A stretch of 64,000 bases of DNA from Phoronis australis. Taxonomy: Eukaryota; Animalia; Phoronida. The notes beneath the pieces were generated by a model. That model saw nothing but the letters and a program-made list of their open reading frames with translations. It was not told where the DNA came from and searched no databases. The stretch is from positions 1 through 64,000 of the forward strand of contig NMRA01000993.1 of the NCBI GenBank assembly GCA_002633005.1. The letters are read 5' to 3'. Both the position numbers and the translations under genes were made by a program. This document shows positions 26,024 through 39,513 of the stretch, piece by piece. The stretch's first letter is position 1, and each line of letters starts with the position of its first letter.

Positions 26024-26430
26024 GTATATATATATATGTGTGTGAATAAAATAGTCTGATATGGGGATACTGAATGCAAGTTTGCTAAACAGAACACATC
26101 TATATGAAGTTAAATCGATTTCTTTATAATTCTTTTAAAGGTTATCACGGATGGTGAAGATTTGGCCTCTACAGAGAGAGTGTTCCATAAACGGAGCCCG
26201 CTGTAGGAAAATGATTTTTCTCAGTTTAGTTTCTGGGTTTCGGAAAATTGATTGTGGATGAAAATGAGGACCTAGTATTGTAGCGATTAGTAGTCATCTT
26301 AATCTTAGCACTTAAGTATGTTGGGACAAGACGTTTAAAACATTTGTACATACAACAAGCAGACAGGAATTTATGTCTTGTGTGTATTTTCATTATTCCA
26401 GTATCAGTATGAAGGTTTATGTCATCGTGA
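25600..26430 (-). pseudogene. 5'-truncated L2/CR1-group LINE 3' end
   Basis: MYKCFKRLVPTYL...YNTRSS...PKPRN*TEKKSFSYSGLRLWNTL matches the CR1/L2 ORF2 C-terminus; followed by TG-rich 3' UTR. Confidence 0.75.
25962..26021. repeat. (CA)n microsatellite
   Basis: Pure CA run of about 60 bp. Confidence 0.95.
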
Positions 26431-27612
26431 TATTGCATTTTTCACTCAAAGACATTCTTACAAACCGGGATATTGGTAAGAACTGATTTGGATACAGATG
26501 TGACAACGAAAAAACAATAGACGTGAGACCCAGGCAAGCATCTTTTTGACTGACAGACGCTGTCACAGCATGAACACGATGAAAGTCAAAGTGATATTGC
26601 ATTTTTCACTCTGCTGTTTGAATTTAACAGTACTTCCATAATTTTTTTTATATTTCTCTGAGATACTTTGCAGACTTGTTGAGGATACACTGAAGATGTT
26701 CGACTAAGCCAAAACGCAAAAGTGAAATATTCTCCAAGACTCATAAAAAAGTCTCGACGACGTTTTTGTTGAATTTGAGACCTAAAATTTCCCGATGTCG
26801 TTTTTTCTTATGTTAGTCAAATGAGAAATTGCAGATTCCGCAAAAACCTATGAAAAGTCCCGCTTTGTTCCTTTTAATCGAATGGGAAATTTTGCTATCT
26901 CCCGTGGGGCATTGCAATTTAATACAATACGAAAATGAGTCAAATTCGCCGTGTGCCAAAATCGTGTAATTTTGATGACGCTGCGGGTAGGGAGAAAAAA
27001 TCAAAAAATGAACAGTCCGCCAAGAGCGGGTAATTTACAAGTGTAGTGCACGCTGTCAGCAACAAAAATGAAATATTTTACAATGATGAATTTTCAGTTA
27101 TTAGAATTTTATTTCACGGCTATTGGTACAGTGTAAATACTACAGACGCTGTTTTTTATAAAATCAAGATGCTAGCTTGACCAACAAAATAACAAAATTA
27201 AAATGAAGCAAATAAATAAGGTTTGATTTGATAACTGCAACACTCGATCCAAAACCGGAAATTTAAAGAGTGCAAACTCTCTTTTGTGGTCTGAAGCTCT
27301 AATAATAGAATGCACAGGTCACGTGCGGGAGTCGGCATTCCAGGACTTACGGTTTATAAAATATGTAACACGTGTCTTTTCTACGCCTCCATAATTTCAT
27401 TCCAAGAAAAGAAAAAATAAACTATGCAAGATGGCAGAGAACGTCTGTTCATACACGTAAGGCCTGTAGAAGGTGACCGTACTGCGTTAGTAACAGTTTG
27501 CTTTGATGTTAATGAGTAAACGAGCGGCCAGTATTAACTATCTGAAACAGCATGGGGAAAGTGTCATTTAGGTTAAACTATGATACTTTATTTCTGTTGT
27601 TCCCTATATCAG

Positions 27613-27742
27613 GCTTTTTCGAAAAACGGAAAACGGACAATTGAGACTCTGGACGCAACCAAACAGAATGTCATTGGAACGAGCGAGGGATTCAGTTTCA
27701 GAGACGTGAAGTTGTTAAATCTGATGTACAACTGCAAGCCAA
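27613..27742 (+). CDS. Astacin-family (M12A) metalloprotease, exon encoding the end of the catalytic domain
   Basis: CAG|[43 protein letters not shown]|GTAAG matches the astacin C-terminal pattern AFSxNGxxTI...IGxxxxxSxxDxxxxNxMYxC; phase 0-1. Confidence 0.9.
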
Positions 27743-28623
27743 GTAAGAACGTGTTGGTACATACACATGAACAAGCATAGCGTGCTTTATTTTTTGTTCG
27801 CACACTCAATGTGCATGTTTGATCCATAGAATGTTCTGGGAAGTCGCACAGATTTTATGCAAAATTCCTTTCGATCGCTGTTTCATTGTATTCATAAATT
27901 CGTTCTGTACAAGCCCTTTATAATTTAAGTTCTTATGCTTATCCGTCATGCATATCTACGAACCTTTTCCTGTTCTTGGTGCGCATGCCCTTAAAGGAAT
28001 ACTTAAATGAATAGGTACGCATTTACGGGCGATGGCCATTAATTGAAAATGTTGCCCTTGTGCACACCTCTGTGTTTTTGAGAACATGTTTCAAAACAAA
28101 ACCGTTAAACCCTTTTGTACATGACTTGTTTTCCATTTTTTGCCTCACCATTTTTCAACTGTTTACTTTATTTCTATTGTATAGTGAACTAAACTAAATA
28201 TAAGTTTTGAAGTGAACATCTTTAGCAATATAACAAAAACTGTATCGGATATGGATCAAACCGCATATTGTCAGAGTTGTGTATATTTTTAGCTTATCAT
28301 TATTTTTCTGTCTGTTCGTCGAGCGTTCAATTTTGTGCTGTGATGGCAAAGTGAAGAAGTGTTAGTGATTGGCTTGTAATACGACAGTGCTATTCAGTGA
28401 TGCAATATGTGAAATCAACTTAAAAAATGGATAATGTTCCGTCCTTTTCATCCCAATTCCGTTATTTTCATCTCTAGTAAAACATTCCCATTTTCGAGGC
28501 TGTCTAATTGCCATTCCGCGCTTCACAATGAACAAGCCTACAGAGAGTAAGACTGGGTCAATGGAGTAGTACTCCTCTTAGAGCTTGACCACTCCAGGAT
28601 GCATGTACTGAATGTAATTGCAG

Positions 28624-28734
28624 GCCAATGCGCTGATAAGCAGTGCCCTGGTGAGGGATACGTGGGCAAAGACTGCAAGTGCTATTGCCCAGGCAATCCC
28701 GTGATCGAATGTAGCGGCGGCGGCGGCGGTGAAA
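28624..28734 (+). CDS. Astacin gene exon: 6-Cys EGF-like module plus Gly linker
   Basis: TTGCAG|(S)QCADKQCPGEGYVGKDCKCYCPGNPVIECSGGGGGE|GTAAGT; 111 bp, phase 1-1, in frame with the previous exon. Confidence 0.85.
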
Positions 28735-29211
28735 GTAAGTAACTCGAAATTCATTGATGCATCGTTCAAAATTTGTAATATGCGTTCAATCTTTCAGTTT
28801 CGGGTAATATTCTTAGAAAGTGTCAATACAAAACAAAAAGGCACTCACAAGGAAAATTGATTATTGGCAGAAATAGAGATACTTTTATTTTCGATTTAAC
28901 GTACTCAGTGAGCGATGACCAGGTGCGCGGGTATTGATTGAACGGTCCAAAATCAGTAGCGCCGTTACACAATAAAATTGTTACCTGTGCAGTGCGCCAG
29001 ATACACACTCATGCATTGTCAGATCTTGATCAACTTCATGTACTTATGGAGATCGTTTTACCTGGCTAATATATAATTTTCACACCGCAATCAGTTATTA
29101 TTTAATTTTTGGATTTTGTTTACTTAACAAGAGACTGTTTCGCCACTGGTGATTACGAACCGTCCTTTTACTGGGAAGGTTAACAACCGTAAACAGCGAC
29201 TTAGCACAGAC

Positions 29212-29548
29212 CGTTCTATGGTGGCCCAAATATGACATCACGCATCTTTTTATTATCTCAGGATCTCAAGATAATTACTTAATTATCTCGGGATTTTGAG
29301 GTCATGACATACAATGTATTTACCTGGGAATCTCGAGATCTCGACTTAACTGTCTCGAGATTTCAGGATCTTGAGATCCTAACTTTGGGATTTCGAGATT
29401 CGGCGATGGATAAATCAGGATCTCAAGACCCCGATATCCCGAGTTTGGTCGGGATCTTAAGATCCTGAAATAAATAAATCGAGATCTCGAGATCATGAGA
29501 AAATAGAAAAAGAACAGTCCGATGTGCCACAGTACGCTTCTTACCGTC
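29212..29548. repeat. MITE-like element with internal ATCTCGAGAT-type short repeats
   Basis: Many TCTC(G/A)AGAT / GATCTC variants between 29255 and 29495; ends approximate. Confidence 0.55.
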
Positions 29549-30496
29549 GAGCCCATCGTTTAAAATTACTTTTTATAGTCCTTAAGAAATTACTCCAAAA
29601 CATCCGATAATGAAGAAAATAATTTACACGGGTAACATGATGTATAATGCACAAAGTCTAACACTAACTTTCCTGTACAAACTCAGCAGTGACAGCCCCC
29701 GGCGCGGCGGAGACCGTACATGTACGTCCACTACGAGTGATCACCAGCGGCAGGATAGACTTACTGTACAGCTACAGGAATAAATGAACGAGAGTGTTAC
29801 AGTATCAAATAATCGTTTTTTTGGGGGGGGATGTTTTGGCAAATGAGATATTTTGTGGGGTGGTACCTTCAGTAATCGCAAAACTCATAAAGCAAGTCAA
29901 CACTTACATGCATATTATTGTGGTGTGCAAAAACGCTTAACGATCAAATAGTGATAAGACGCAGGAGACAACAATCAGGAAGCATCACATGTTTTTGAGC
30001 CAAAGTTTGTCCTTCTCCTTTCATAGATCGGCACCAGGTTATTTTCTTTACTTGGTGCGGAGGGGACTGAAGCTGATTAACCAAAAACATCGACATTCCG
30101 AATTCTTAGCATAATGCAGTGTGCACATGTACAAGTTGCTATAATGAGCAACTTTCCCCCTTTCCCACCTCTATAGCCAAAATACAAGTTTCGCCTCAGG
30201 TAGTCAGCAGTCACGGAGATACATGATGTTAATCATCCATGATTACATTTAACTTTCCCATTAATTGTTAAAACTGTGCTCACAATTACACTTATTTTTA
30301 CAATTTTGTCGCATTTTAACGTTGTGTTTTGGTTTCACATTCGAATCCAATGATCAAAATGCCTTTGCTATATCAATAATGATATAAGTTTTAGTTATTA
30401 ACATTTAACCTCATCTTGGCACTCCGAACTAAAGTGTGCTTTACATTTGAAATGGCGTCAGGGAAATTACCCATCAAATTCACTTCCATTACGCAG

Positions 30497-30658
30497 CTTG
30501 CACGAACGACGATCCAAACTGTGACTATTGGGCTGGTCAGGGCTACTGCACAAATGAACAATACAAGGACTTCATGGAGAAGAATTGTACCAAAGCCTGC
30601 AATATGTGTGCCACCACCACACCGGGTGGGGGTGAAGTTACCACCACACCAGGTGAAG
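30497..30658 (+). CDS. Astacin gene exon: ShKT domain 1 plus Thr/Gly linker
   Basis: CGCAG|CTNDDPNCDYWAGQGYCTNEQYKDFMEKNCTKACNMCATTTPGGGEVTTTPGE|GTGAGT; 162 bp, phase 1-1; six-Cys ShKT spacing. Confidence 0.92.
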
Positions 30659-31019
30659 GTGAGTCCACGAAGTTCATGGTTTTATAGCTTTTTCTTGACA
30701 TAAGAGTCACCGTTCTCGAAAAGATCTTTTATGCATAGTTTCGAAATAAATTTTCCTTCCGCCTCACAGTTTGAGGGAGTCAACGAATGTTTACCTAATT
30801 CTGCCAAAGCACCGGAATTCCTGAAAAATTGTAGCCCTGTGTTTTTGCTTAATATAATTTATAAAAAAATATCTTGCAAAGCAAGGAGACTGATGAATGT
30901 TAGTCAGTCGATATTTATGCTAATGCGGCCGTGTAATGCTGTGTCTTGGTCTCACATGAATGCCAAACTATATCAATGTGATATACATGTATTTTCACTA
31001 AAAGGCGTTGAATGATCAC

Positions 31020-34000
31020 TTTTAGTACTTGACATTTAAAGATGTCCCAAAAATAATCCATATTGATCAGACTGGAATTTTATCTGCAAGGCTTATCGGT
31101 GGAAATATATTTTAAGATATTTTACAATATATCCGGGACTTGAAACAACAAGCGATTCTGAACGTAGATGTAATCAAAGGGAACCGACGTCACTTGTACT
31201 TTGCGCTGAGATAGTAGGACGTGAGTTTGGAAATTACAAAGTGCAGGATATATCATCTTGTAATAGAAAGAGACTTTTGTATGCTGACGACACAACAATT
31301 TTATCAGACGGCTCTAACAAGTCATTTAAAAAGACACTGGACGTTCTTGACCAGTCCGCTAATTTCTCTGTATTAAACCTAATATTAAAATACTGAATGC
31401 TCTCTAAAATATTAAGAGGAACGTTCTCAACTCTATGAGTAAAATTTAGTGTTAATTTCAACGATATGCACTTAAGGCTAAATTTGACCCAAAGTTCGTA
31501 GAAGATCAAAAAGACAATACATATTTATTTAGGAAAAAGTGTCCCAGTTTTTTGGCGAAATTTTCGAGGTGAAATCTCGGTTGGTGACAAAGCTTACACA
31601 TCTTTTTGAAGTCTTCCATCTCCGAGATCTGATTTCATGAAAAGACTAGAAAAGACGTTATTTGATTTTATATAAAGTAATAACAAAGCTAAATGTTCTC
31701 GTAAAAGAACTATAGTCCAAACTTTCAATAAATGTGATCTCAACATGGTGTATAGATCACGTTTCATAAAATCACTTAAAATAACAGAACGAAACCTTTC
31801 AACATGGAAGGTTATTTTGATAAACACATGTCAAGTTGATTCGAGGGTAATTTACTGAAACGTTTAGCTAAGTCCAATGGAAACTTGTTTTAGAAAGCCC
31901 TGTTTGGTTCGGCAAAGAACTCCTGTTCAATTTTGAACAATGAAAAACAGAAGATATTTTCTCTTCCTTGATTTTACAATGTGTAACGCAAAAGTTGGGA
32001 GAAAATCTACTATTCTATCCATAATGGGATAAAAAGGAGTTCTATTTGTTACTATTAGTCGGTGGGCCAGATTTTGTAGGGCCTCTAGAAAATGTTTTTT
32101 GTGAGTACTTTAGGGGGGCAATTTTATTTTGGTATTTTTTAATTCATTTATTAGAGTGTGTTCAAAATCTAAAAAGTTCCCACATATAAAGTTGCACATT
32201 TTTGAGAAATTTGAGTTTGAAGTTACCTAATAATCACCAAAGAGCTTAGTAAACTTATATTTGTAAAAACAACAGTTTTGTTGACTCTTTTGTAAAACAA
32301 GTAATATGGTCCCATCAGTGCCATTGTATTGAACAATATTACACTCACATTACATGTTTTACTATTGTAAATTAATTGTAAACAGTGGAATTTAAAAAAC
32401 GTAAAGAGACACCTAGTGGCAAAAATGCAAACTAAGTCTGAATGTTACTAGGAAGTTATTCTGGCATTGTCAGGCAACAAAAATAACACAAAACACTTGA
32501 GACTGGGCAAAATTTGTGCCTCAATGACTAAAACATTGACTAATGGTGTAAAATACAGCTTGTTTGCATAATACACCAGAAATATGTTATAGTACAAAAA
32601 CAATATAGTTGAATGATCTCTGTGAATGTGCACAAAGACTGTATGAAAATAGATTATTCTGACAGCGTTTATTAAGCAGTATGAGACAAATACATGACAA
32701 TGATCAAAGTATGTACTTTCTATGACTTAATCAACAAATAAAATTAACTTTTTAATACAAAAAAGGAAATAACGGGGTTGGAGGTCTATTTAGGGTTGGC
32801 CTGTCAAAGAACTATCCAATGTTATGCAGTCAGTGTTGCTGATGTTACTACAGTTGTCACAGCTGCACATTTCTGTACAGTTTGACCCAGCATTGCAGCA
32901 CAAACTCAGTTTCCCAGCACACATGTTCTTTTTGCACTTGCAGCGTTCATCGTTTAGTACTGTCAATGGAGATGCGGTCATTGCCATACATATTAACTGC
33001 AAAGCTCCACCGCCAAGGAGCCAACTATGGTCGATTAGAGAGGGTACAGCACTGCACACTGGTGATTAGCCCGCAGGCAATGAAGGGTCAAACACTAAGT
33101 CCTTGTTTGGAGGCGGGCACTATTTGGGCAAACGTTTGATTCAAAATATGTTATAATGGGCTGTGTTAATTAGAGTCAGCAAGTGAATTATTGAACACTA
33201 GCCTCAATTCACTTTCGTATCTCTTAGTCAGGCACAAACTACAACACTGAGTAGCTTCAACAATATTTCTTAAGATTGCTTGTCCAAATAACTTCATGCA
33301 CACCAGCTTTCTGAAGAACAGCTTCAAAGTCTTGCTTTAGTTTTGAAAGGCAAATGACATCTCCTTGTGTTAGAAGCTTCAATTCAATGAACTCCAAACA
33401 AAACTGCAGAAAAGCATCTCTGAAAACTGTGAATTCGTCACTCTTCACAATCGTTGTCTTTCTACTTTTTATAGCATGGTGATCTGTGGTTCTTGGCTTC
33501 TAAGACACAATGGTCTTTATCTTTGAATTTCATTTGCATATTCAGGGCTCTGGACTGAGCTGTTGCTTGCGATACAAGTCAAACTGAAAAAACCCGAACA
33601 GTTAACACTAATTTAACATTCAACTATGAGTGAGTTGGCATGCAACTTTTTCAGATGGACTTATCAGGAACTGATCCACCACCAGCCTAACAAATTTACA
33701 TGCCGTCTGATCTGTAGCCTAATAATGTTGATCGTCTAATAATTAGATCAGTAGAAGCAACTGAAAATAAATTAGCTGATAAACCTGTGCAGTGATTGAA
33801 ATTTAATTTTTTTAAATCAGATGCTCAAACCATATTCAATCGATTTACACTTAAGGTAATCGACGTTTGACGAAATGGGCAGTGGCTTCCATCGTCCTCA
33901 AATTTCGACGGCGACGATGGCCACTTAGGCTCTTTAATTTAATTATAATTGCAGCTACCCAAGTAATTAATGTTTACAAAAAATTGAGACTACGGCAGGG

Positions 34001-35850
34001 GATGACGGCCACTTGGGCATGTTGTTTGCAACCATCTACTCCATTTAACCTTCTCAAACATTTTTGATTTGACTTAAAGTGCTTTAAAATCACACCCATA
34101 GTATAACGCCACAGGATTATCCCTTAGTGCAAATAGTGTCGACGTGGCAACTGAATGGATTGTTCGAAAAACAGGATTGCAGGAGTATTGTTTAAACTAG
34201 GAAGAAATGAAAACATTGACGACCTCCTCAGAGGCATCTCTGTACGCGGTACTTCTAAACTTATAGGTACATAATTTGCCGAAAAGTATCCAGCATATGA
34301 AGTAACTATGGTATGATCATCGTCTCTACTGGGTCAGCAGTATTGTCTAAGGCCTAGGCAGCCAAGGGGCTGAACAAGTTAAAAAACAACTGGTGATAAT
34401 ACTGAATCACACATGGAAAACACCAAGATGTATTTTTAAAAAACACGTACCTGTTTTTTAAAGCTAAACTTCTTTCTCTTTCTTGAAATGTGGCCCATAA
34501 TGTACTTTTCCTGGTAACAAATGAGCTCATGTTTCAGAATGTTCCTATCTTGTTCAGGTTAATTGGGTGTTTCAGATTTTGGAATTATAATTGATTTTCT
34601 TGTGAAATCTTGGATAGCATCTGTATCACTTTCAGCAACTTCAGCTTTAGTACTACTGTTGGTGCCTTGAAACGTTGCTATGCCGTTCTATGTCCTTTCA
34701 ATTTTTTGGTCTGACACTTGCTCTTCTAGTCTACAGCACTCAGCAGTATACTGTGTAGGCTACCAGGACATGCAGCTGTTTTCTGCACAAACGTTTGTGA
34801 CACCTCTTCTTCTTTTTGATCTACTGATCTACAGAGTTCCACAGTCAATCAGCTTTCGTCAGGAAGCTTTCCTAAGCTTCTTTAGGCTCTGACATCACAA
34901 TTTTGTGCTGTTTGATAAACCTTGAATTATACAGGCATCACACTCCATGGGAGCAGCCATATTGAAGTAACTAAGCACAACCATACAATCTGGCTCTCTG
35001 ATTGGTCAATTCACTAGAAAAGCGCCATCAAGTGGCAGGAATGTGCATCATATTTTGTGCAACAAAAACACCTTTTTTTAAAAAATGTGCAAGTAAAGAC
35101 GTGGGAACTTTTTGGAATTTGATTTATAGGTATATTATCTAGCCACATAGAAAAAACTAGGTTGCCCCCCAAAGTACTCACAAGGATGAACGCTATGAGA
35201 TCTGGCCCACCGACTATATGTAATTTACATGAAAATAATGTTTTTTATCATATTAATGCTTTACTTACATATTTGTTTTCAAACATTTTTTACGACATTT
35301 GAAGGGATAGAAATATGTTTGAGGTCAAGTTTTCGAACTTGTGCTGGACTTTAGAAGGTCAATGACAGAATAGAAATCTTAATATTTTCATAGGTCATTT
35401 TTTGTTTTTCCGACGTTGGAGTCCGAAGGTTGCAAATGAAAATCAAACAAAGGATTTTAACAAAACTCTGACTGATGCGCATTGGCCTTTCTCCGAACAA
35501 ATTGTGTACTTTTTGTAAAGAAGAAATTAACTTGCTTGCACATATATTTTGGCTTTGTCCCGTTGTGAAAGTGCTATGGAACTATGGTAGTGATTGTTAG
35601 AGCTTAAAAAATGAAGAGTTTCCCTTAGACATACAAAGAGTTTCATTCGGTAAACAAGGAAGAACAATAACAATTATTACTTTTAGTGAAAAAACATACC
35701 TATTCCAAGAAACTAAGTTCCCAACAACTGTCTGAAATGATTTTTAAAAAGGAAATAGAAATATCTTACAAAATAGAAAAGTTTAATTACAATAAAAAAC
35801 AGAGCTTGTGGAAGCAAAAGTGGGCAGGTTTCTTTACATGGTAATTATGT
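31020..35850 (+). pseudogene. Old L1/Tx1-type LINE remnant split by an Academ element
   Basis: LYADDTTIL at about 31278; C-terminal LCTFCKEEINLLAHIFWLCPVV at about 35500; many indels. Confidence 0.75.
32056..35216 (-). mobile_element. Academ DNA transposon, internally deleted
   Basis: TIRs TAGTCGGTGGGCCAGAT / ATCTGGCCCACCGACTA; 3-bp TSD TAT; minus-strand Cys-rich C-terminus (CKCKK..C....C..AG..CTEMCSCDNCSN) and AFLQF...GDVICLSKL..LKK fragment. Confidence 0.85.
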
Positions 35851-36473
35851 TGTGTACATGCACACTGAAAGGAAAGTATGCTATGGTGATGCTTCATTCA
35901 GGTTTCTGCAGTATAAAAGTGCGGTAACTTATAACCTATTCCTATAGACAGAGGTCGTGTAACTCCGGAATTTAGTTTACAAAACAGCCACAGGCTTCGC
36001 ATACCGGTAGTAAGCCATTACTATAATGTCAGAAACGAAAACAGAACAGCTGTTCACCATGTTAGTGAGCTATTCAAAGTCGTATTCCTGGATTATATAA
36101 GGTCGGTGTTTTATTAAAAATGTGATGTGGTTGTTATTATTCTAACTGAGGTTTTAATTATTTCAAATGGGTCTTTGCCAGTGTTGCATGTAGTTGTACT
36201 GATTTGTTTACTTTCTGTAGAGGCTTAGCCTTAGAGCACAATGACTAATAACTGTGTCCCCTGGAATCTATCCATACATGTTATAAACAGGATGCTACAG
36301 TGTTCACATAAACATCCCAGAGCCAAATAACCATTCCTTAATATGGCAACACTGACGAATTTCTAATGATTTCCCTCAGTTCTTAACATTGCTTTCCTGA
36401 GTCACTTAGTTCAGTTGCACAACAACATAATTTCTGTCCTGGTGATACCTACATCAAGCAGTCCATTGAAAAA

Positions 36474-36880
36474 ATGGCATCTACAACATTGGAATTTAAG
36501 GGCAATTCATCATGGAAAGACGATATTCGTGAGTCGCCAAATGTTATGTATGGTGACATTTACAATTATTTGGTAGAATCAAAAGCAGTTGATGGACAGT
36601 CAATGAAAAACTTTAAAAGCCTAGAATCATTCAATTACTCCCAGAGTGGATGCGTTGATAAGATTTTACACCATAATTTGGACAAGGACACCGTGGCTAT
36701 CAAGTGAAATGTCAGACCATCTCAGAACATCAATAATGCGTGGAACTCAGTCTGCATAAAAGCATTGAATAGTGGTGAAATATTGTCTGGCACTTGCAAA
36801 TGTATGGCCGGATTAAGAAAGACATGCAGTCACATTGGTGCTGACTTGTGGAAAATTGAACACTCTGTTAGAATGGGGTT
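36474..36880 (+). pseudogene. SWIM zinc-finger accessory gene of the ISL2EU-type element, one stop, truncated
   Basis: YGDIYNYL...KSLESFNY..SG.V...VRPSQ...GEILSGTCKCMAGLRKTCSHIGA (CxC...CxH). Confidence 0.8.
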
Positions 36881-36990
36881 TCCGAATTGTCCGCAGTATC
36901 AGGCAGTGTCTCACTGGTCTCAGATGCAACATGTTCGACCACGTGGGTGTTTTTAGAGACGTGTGCATCATCATCTTCACCAGTAGTAGC

Positions 36991-37341
36991 TTATTTTGTG
37001 AGATTCAAAACTTTCCTGCGACCAGGTTTTACTTTTCTGGCATATCCCATGTTTAGCTGAGGCACTGGATTTCTTTCTGTTGGCTCACCATCCACAAAAT
37101 GAATGGAACAAACAAAGACATTTTTTGGTAATCTGTCTCTGTTAATGGACTTTTGCCACAGTAGTCTCAATTCACTGTTGTGTTTACCTGATGGCATTCT
37201 GTGTAACTTGTAAGGTTTTAAGCATGGACAGTCTTTGTGCATTTGACCATGGTGTTCATCATAAATTTCTGTCACCCAACGTTTTAATTTCACCCAGTTG
37301 TTGTGACAGCCTGTTACAGCACAGTTATTACCACTGGGCAT
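36991..37341 (-). CDS. THAP domain, N-terminus of the ISL2EU-type transposase, ending at a premature stop
   Basis: MPSGNNCAVTGC...LHRMP...LWQKSINR...VCSIHFVDG...NPVPQL; C2CH ligands intact. Confidence 0.8.
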   Translation of the reverse strand: MPSGNNCAVTGCHNNWVKLKRWVTEIYDEHHGQMHKDCPCLKPYKLHRMPSGKHNSELRLLWQKSINRDRLPKNVFVCSIHFVDGEPTERNPVPQLNMGYARKVKPGRRKVLNLTK

Positions 37342-37858
37342 TTTGAACAATTTTTAGTGGAGGTGAAAGTTGAACAGTATACTTGTAAACACTTCTGAAA
37401 AGATTCAAACAAGAATTTCAAACCTCATTGAAATATGGTATATTATCAGTTAGACGGTAATGTATTTATTTTTCTATATATCGGTCCAACAATTTTAACT
37501 TTATTATTGACATTTATGTAATTTTATACATCTAGTAATTTACAAATATTTCTTCTGTCAAATGTATTGCATGAAAAAAATCAACACTTACAAGGAATGT
37601 TAATGATTTCAAATTTGCTGATCTGCTTCCAAATAAACAACACAAGCAGACACAGCAGCTGGGATGGTTTGCTTTACAGACAGACTTTACTCACTCCAGT
37701 GTTTATCTGACATGACATTAATGGCGTGACCTCAATATGGAGCTCCCCAGGCATTCGACAATTTCCGTAATGGAATCTGTCTATAGCATTCATACATGTT
37801 AGCACAAATACGCCTAACCCGTCAGCTCTGGGAAAGATATTTTTTCTTCGAACGTTAA

Positions 37859-39513
37859 AGGAGCATGCCACCCAAAAACAAGCTAAATTGTATCAATTTA
37901 GATCGAGTAGTTCTACTCCATAACGACACGTACGGTTGCGTTACCTGACACCTGACGGCAGACGGAGATGTTGAAATTATCCAATGACGTCATCGGTTTC
38001 ACACGCAGTCTGTTCAGCAGTTCACAACACGGGTTACTGGTGTCAGCTTATCGCTTGAAGTCATCGTTTAACACCAATAAATCATCAAACTTCGATGTAA
38101 AACCCTTAAAAATTCACAGAGTTTTTGTAAAAACGCGTTGTTTTATTTCGCTCTCACGGATTTATTGGTATTTGGACACCCGTACATGTAGCTTACAAAG
38201 TTCGGCAGGCCAATAAGGTCCGTAGCAGGATTTTGGGTCTGTTTGGAGATAATTTCGAAGTATTTCCCCCGTGAGACACAGACAGGAGAACCTAGATCTG
38301 TGTTGTTTAGACTTGCGATTTTTTTGAGTTCTAAACACAAAGCGCTTGTTAGCTTGGCCAGTGGCTCGGAGCCCGATCATGCCCGTCGCGGCCGGCCGGA
38401 TTGACTCGGCCAGTGTCTCTGAAACTGATCAGACATCATGATCATAACTTACTATCCAAAGTTCAGCCAAGAAAATACTATACTAATGAGACAAAGTAAT
38501 GTGTACCTGATTATATTGGTGATTTAGCTACAAAACTGCAAATCTATTTACTGGTCGGGAGCCGCGAATTCAGTTCCGCAGTTGGCCACAGCACCGTCAG
38601 GGCAGAAATTGTATATTGACAATCATTATTTGAGTAGTGTAAATGTAAATAAAGATACACCTAACACTCGGCCGTGGGATGGAAATCGAGTTGTTTCACA
38701 ATTGAGTTTCTGTCAGCAAACACGAAATTAGCATGAGCTCACATGGCCTAGGTGTCCCGTAAATTAGTTTTATTGCACCTAAAGCCGGGTAACGCAGTGA
38801 TTTATTCATTGTTGGCTTTTGGAATTTTTTGCACTCACTCCAAAGGCATTACAAATTGCATCTAGTGAGACAGACGTTGTTTCAGTTTTATATAAGTATT
38901 GGTTAGGGTGAGAATAATACGTTTTGAAAGAGAACGCACAGTAATAAACGCCAACATGGAACTCGCAATCTCGACTTAGGATAAGCTAGAGCTCATCAGT
39001 CCCCACTTCGCAGGTGGATCGTTAAGTTTTACAGGCTATCAATTTGAACAGGAATACAGTGATGAAGAAATACTGGGGAGGTGCCGTGAGCAAGCTCAGA
39101 CAACGGAACGTATCGAGTTATTTGGTAAGCCGGCATTCGTTAGGCACTGCGATGTCTTCAGGCACAGAAACGGAGATGTTTCACGGCTTCATACTTGTTA
39201 TTTACAGCGTACATTTCATTTTTCACTACCATGAGCCACTTCCTAAACATTTCGGACTCTCGAGGAAGTAAAAAAAACGATATACCCGCTTTCCTCGCAG
39301 CTGCTTAGTTCGGACAAGCGGGAACTATGCACCGCAACACAGCGGAATTAATTCTGCAAAATGAACCACTGACGTCGCTAGCGTCGTCTCTCACCTTCCT
39401 CACAGGTTAACGCGACACTTCTTGGCAAGGTATGGTCGACCGTATGCGAGGTGTTGTGGATATAGACCGATTAAGACGGCAAAAACACTATTTAAATCGG
39501 GTGGTATTCTCCT
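37859..39513. mobile_element. Non-autonomous Kolobok-type element, copy 2
   Basis: TTAA at 37855-37858 and 39514-39517; empty site AACG-TTAA-CACTG at 42475-42487; colinear with 22161-23814. Confidence 0.92.

Larger units (their letters stand above)
35946..37782. mobile_element. ISL2EU-type DNA transposon, internally deleted
   Basis: Termini AGACAGA / TCTGTCT with AT duplication; empty site TTCCT-AT-AGCATT near 42416-42428; convergent SWIM and THAP genes. Confidence 0.85.

Noticed and set aside
26428-26611. ~20-bp direct repeat GTGATATTGCATTTTTCACTC, 163 bp apart
   Set aside because: May be a TSD or small duplication at the LINE 5' junction; enclosed sequence has no recognisable identity.
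26688-26735. CTGAAGA hammerhead-like word
   Set aside because: No closing helix II or GAAAC in register.
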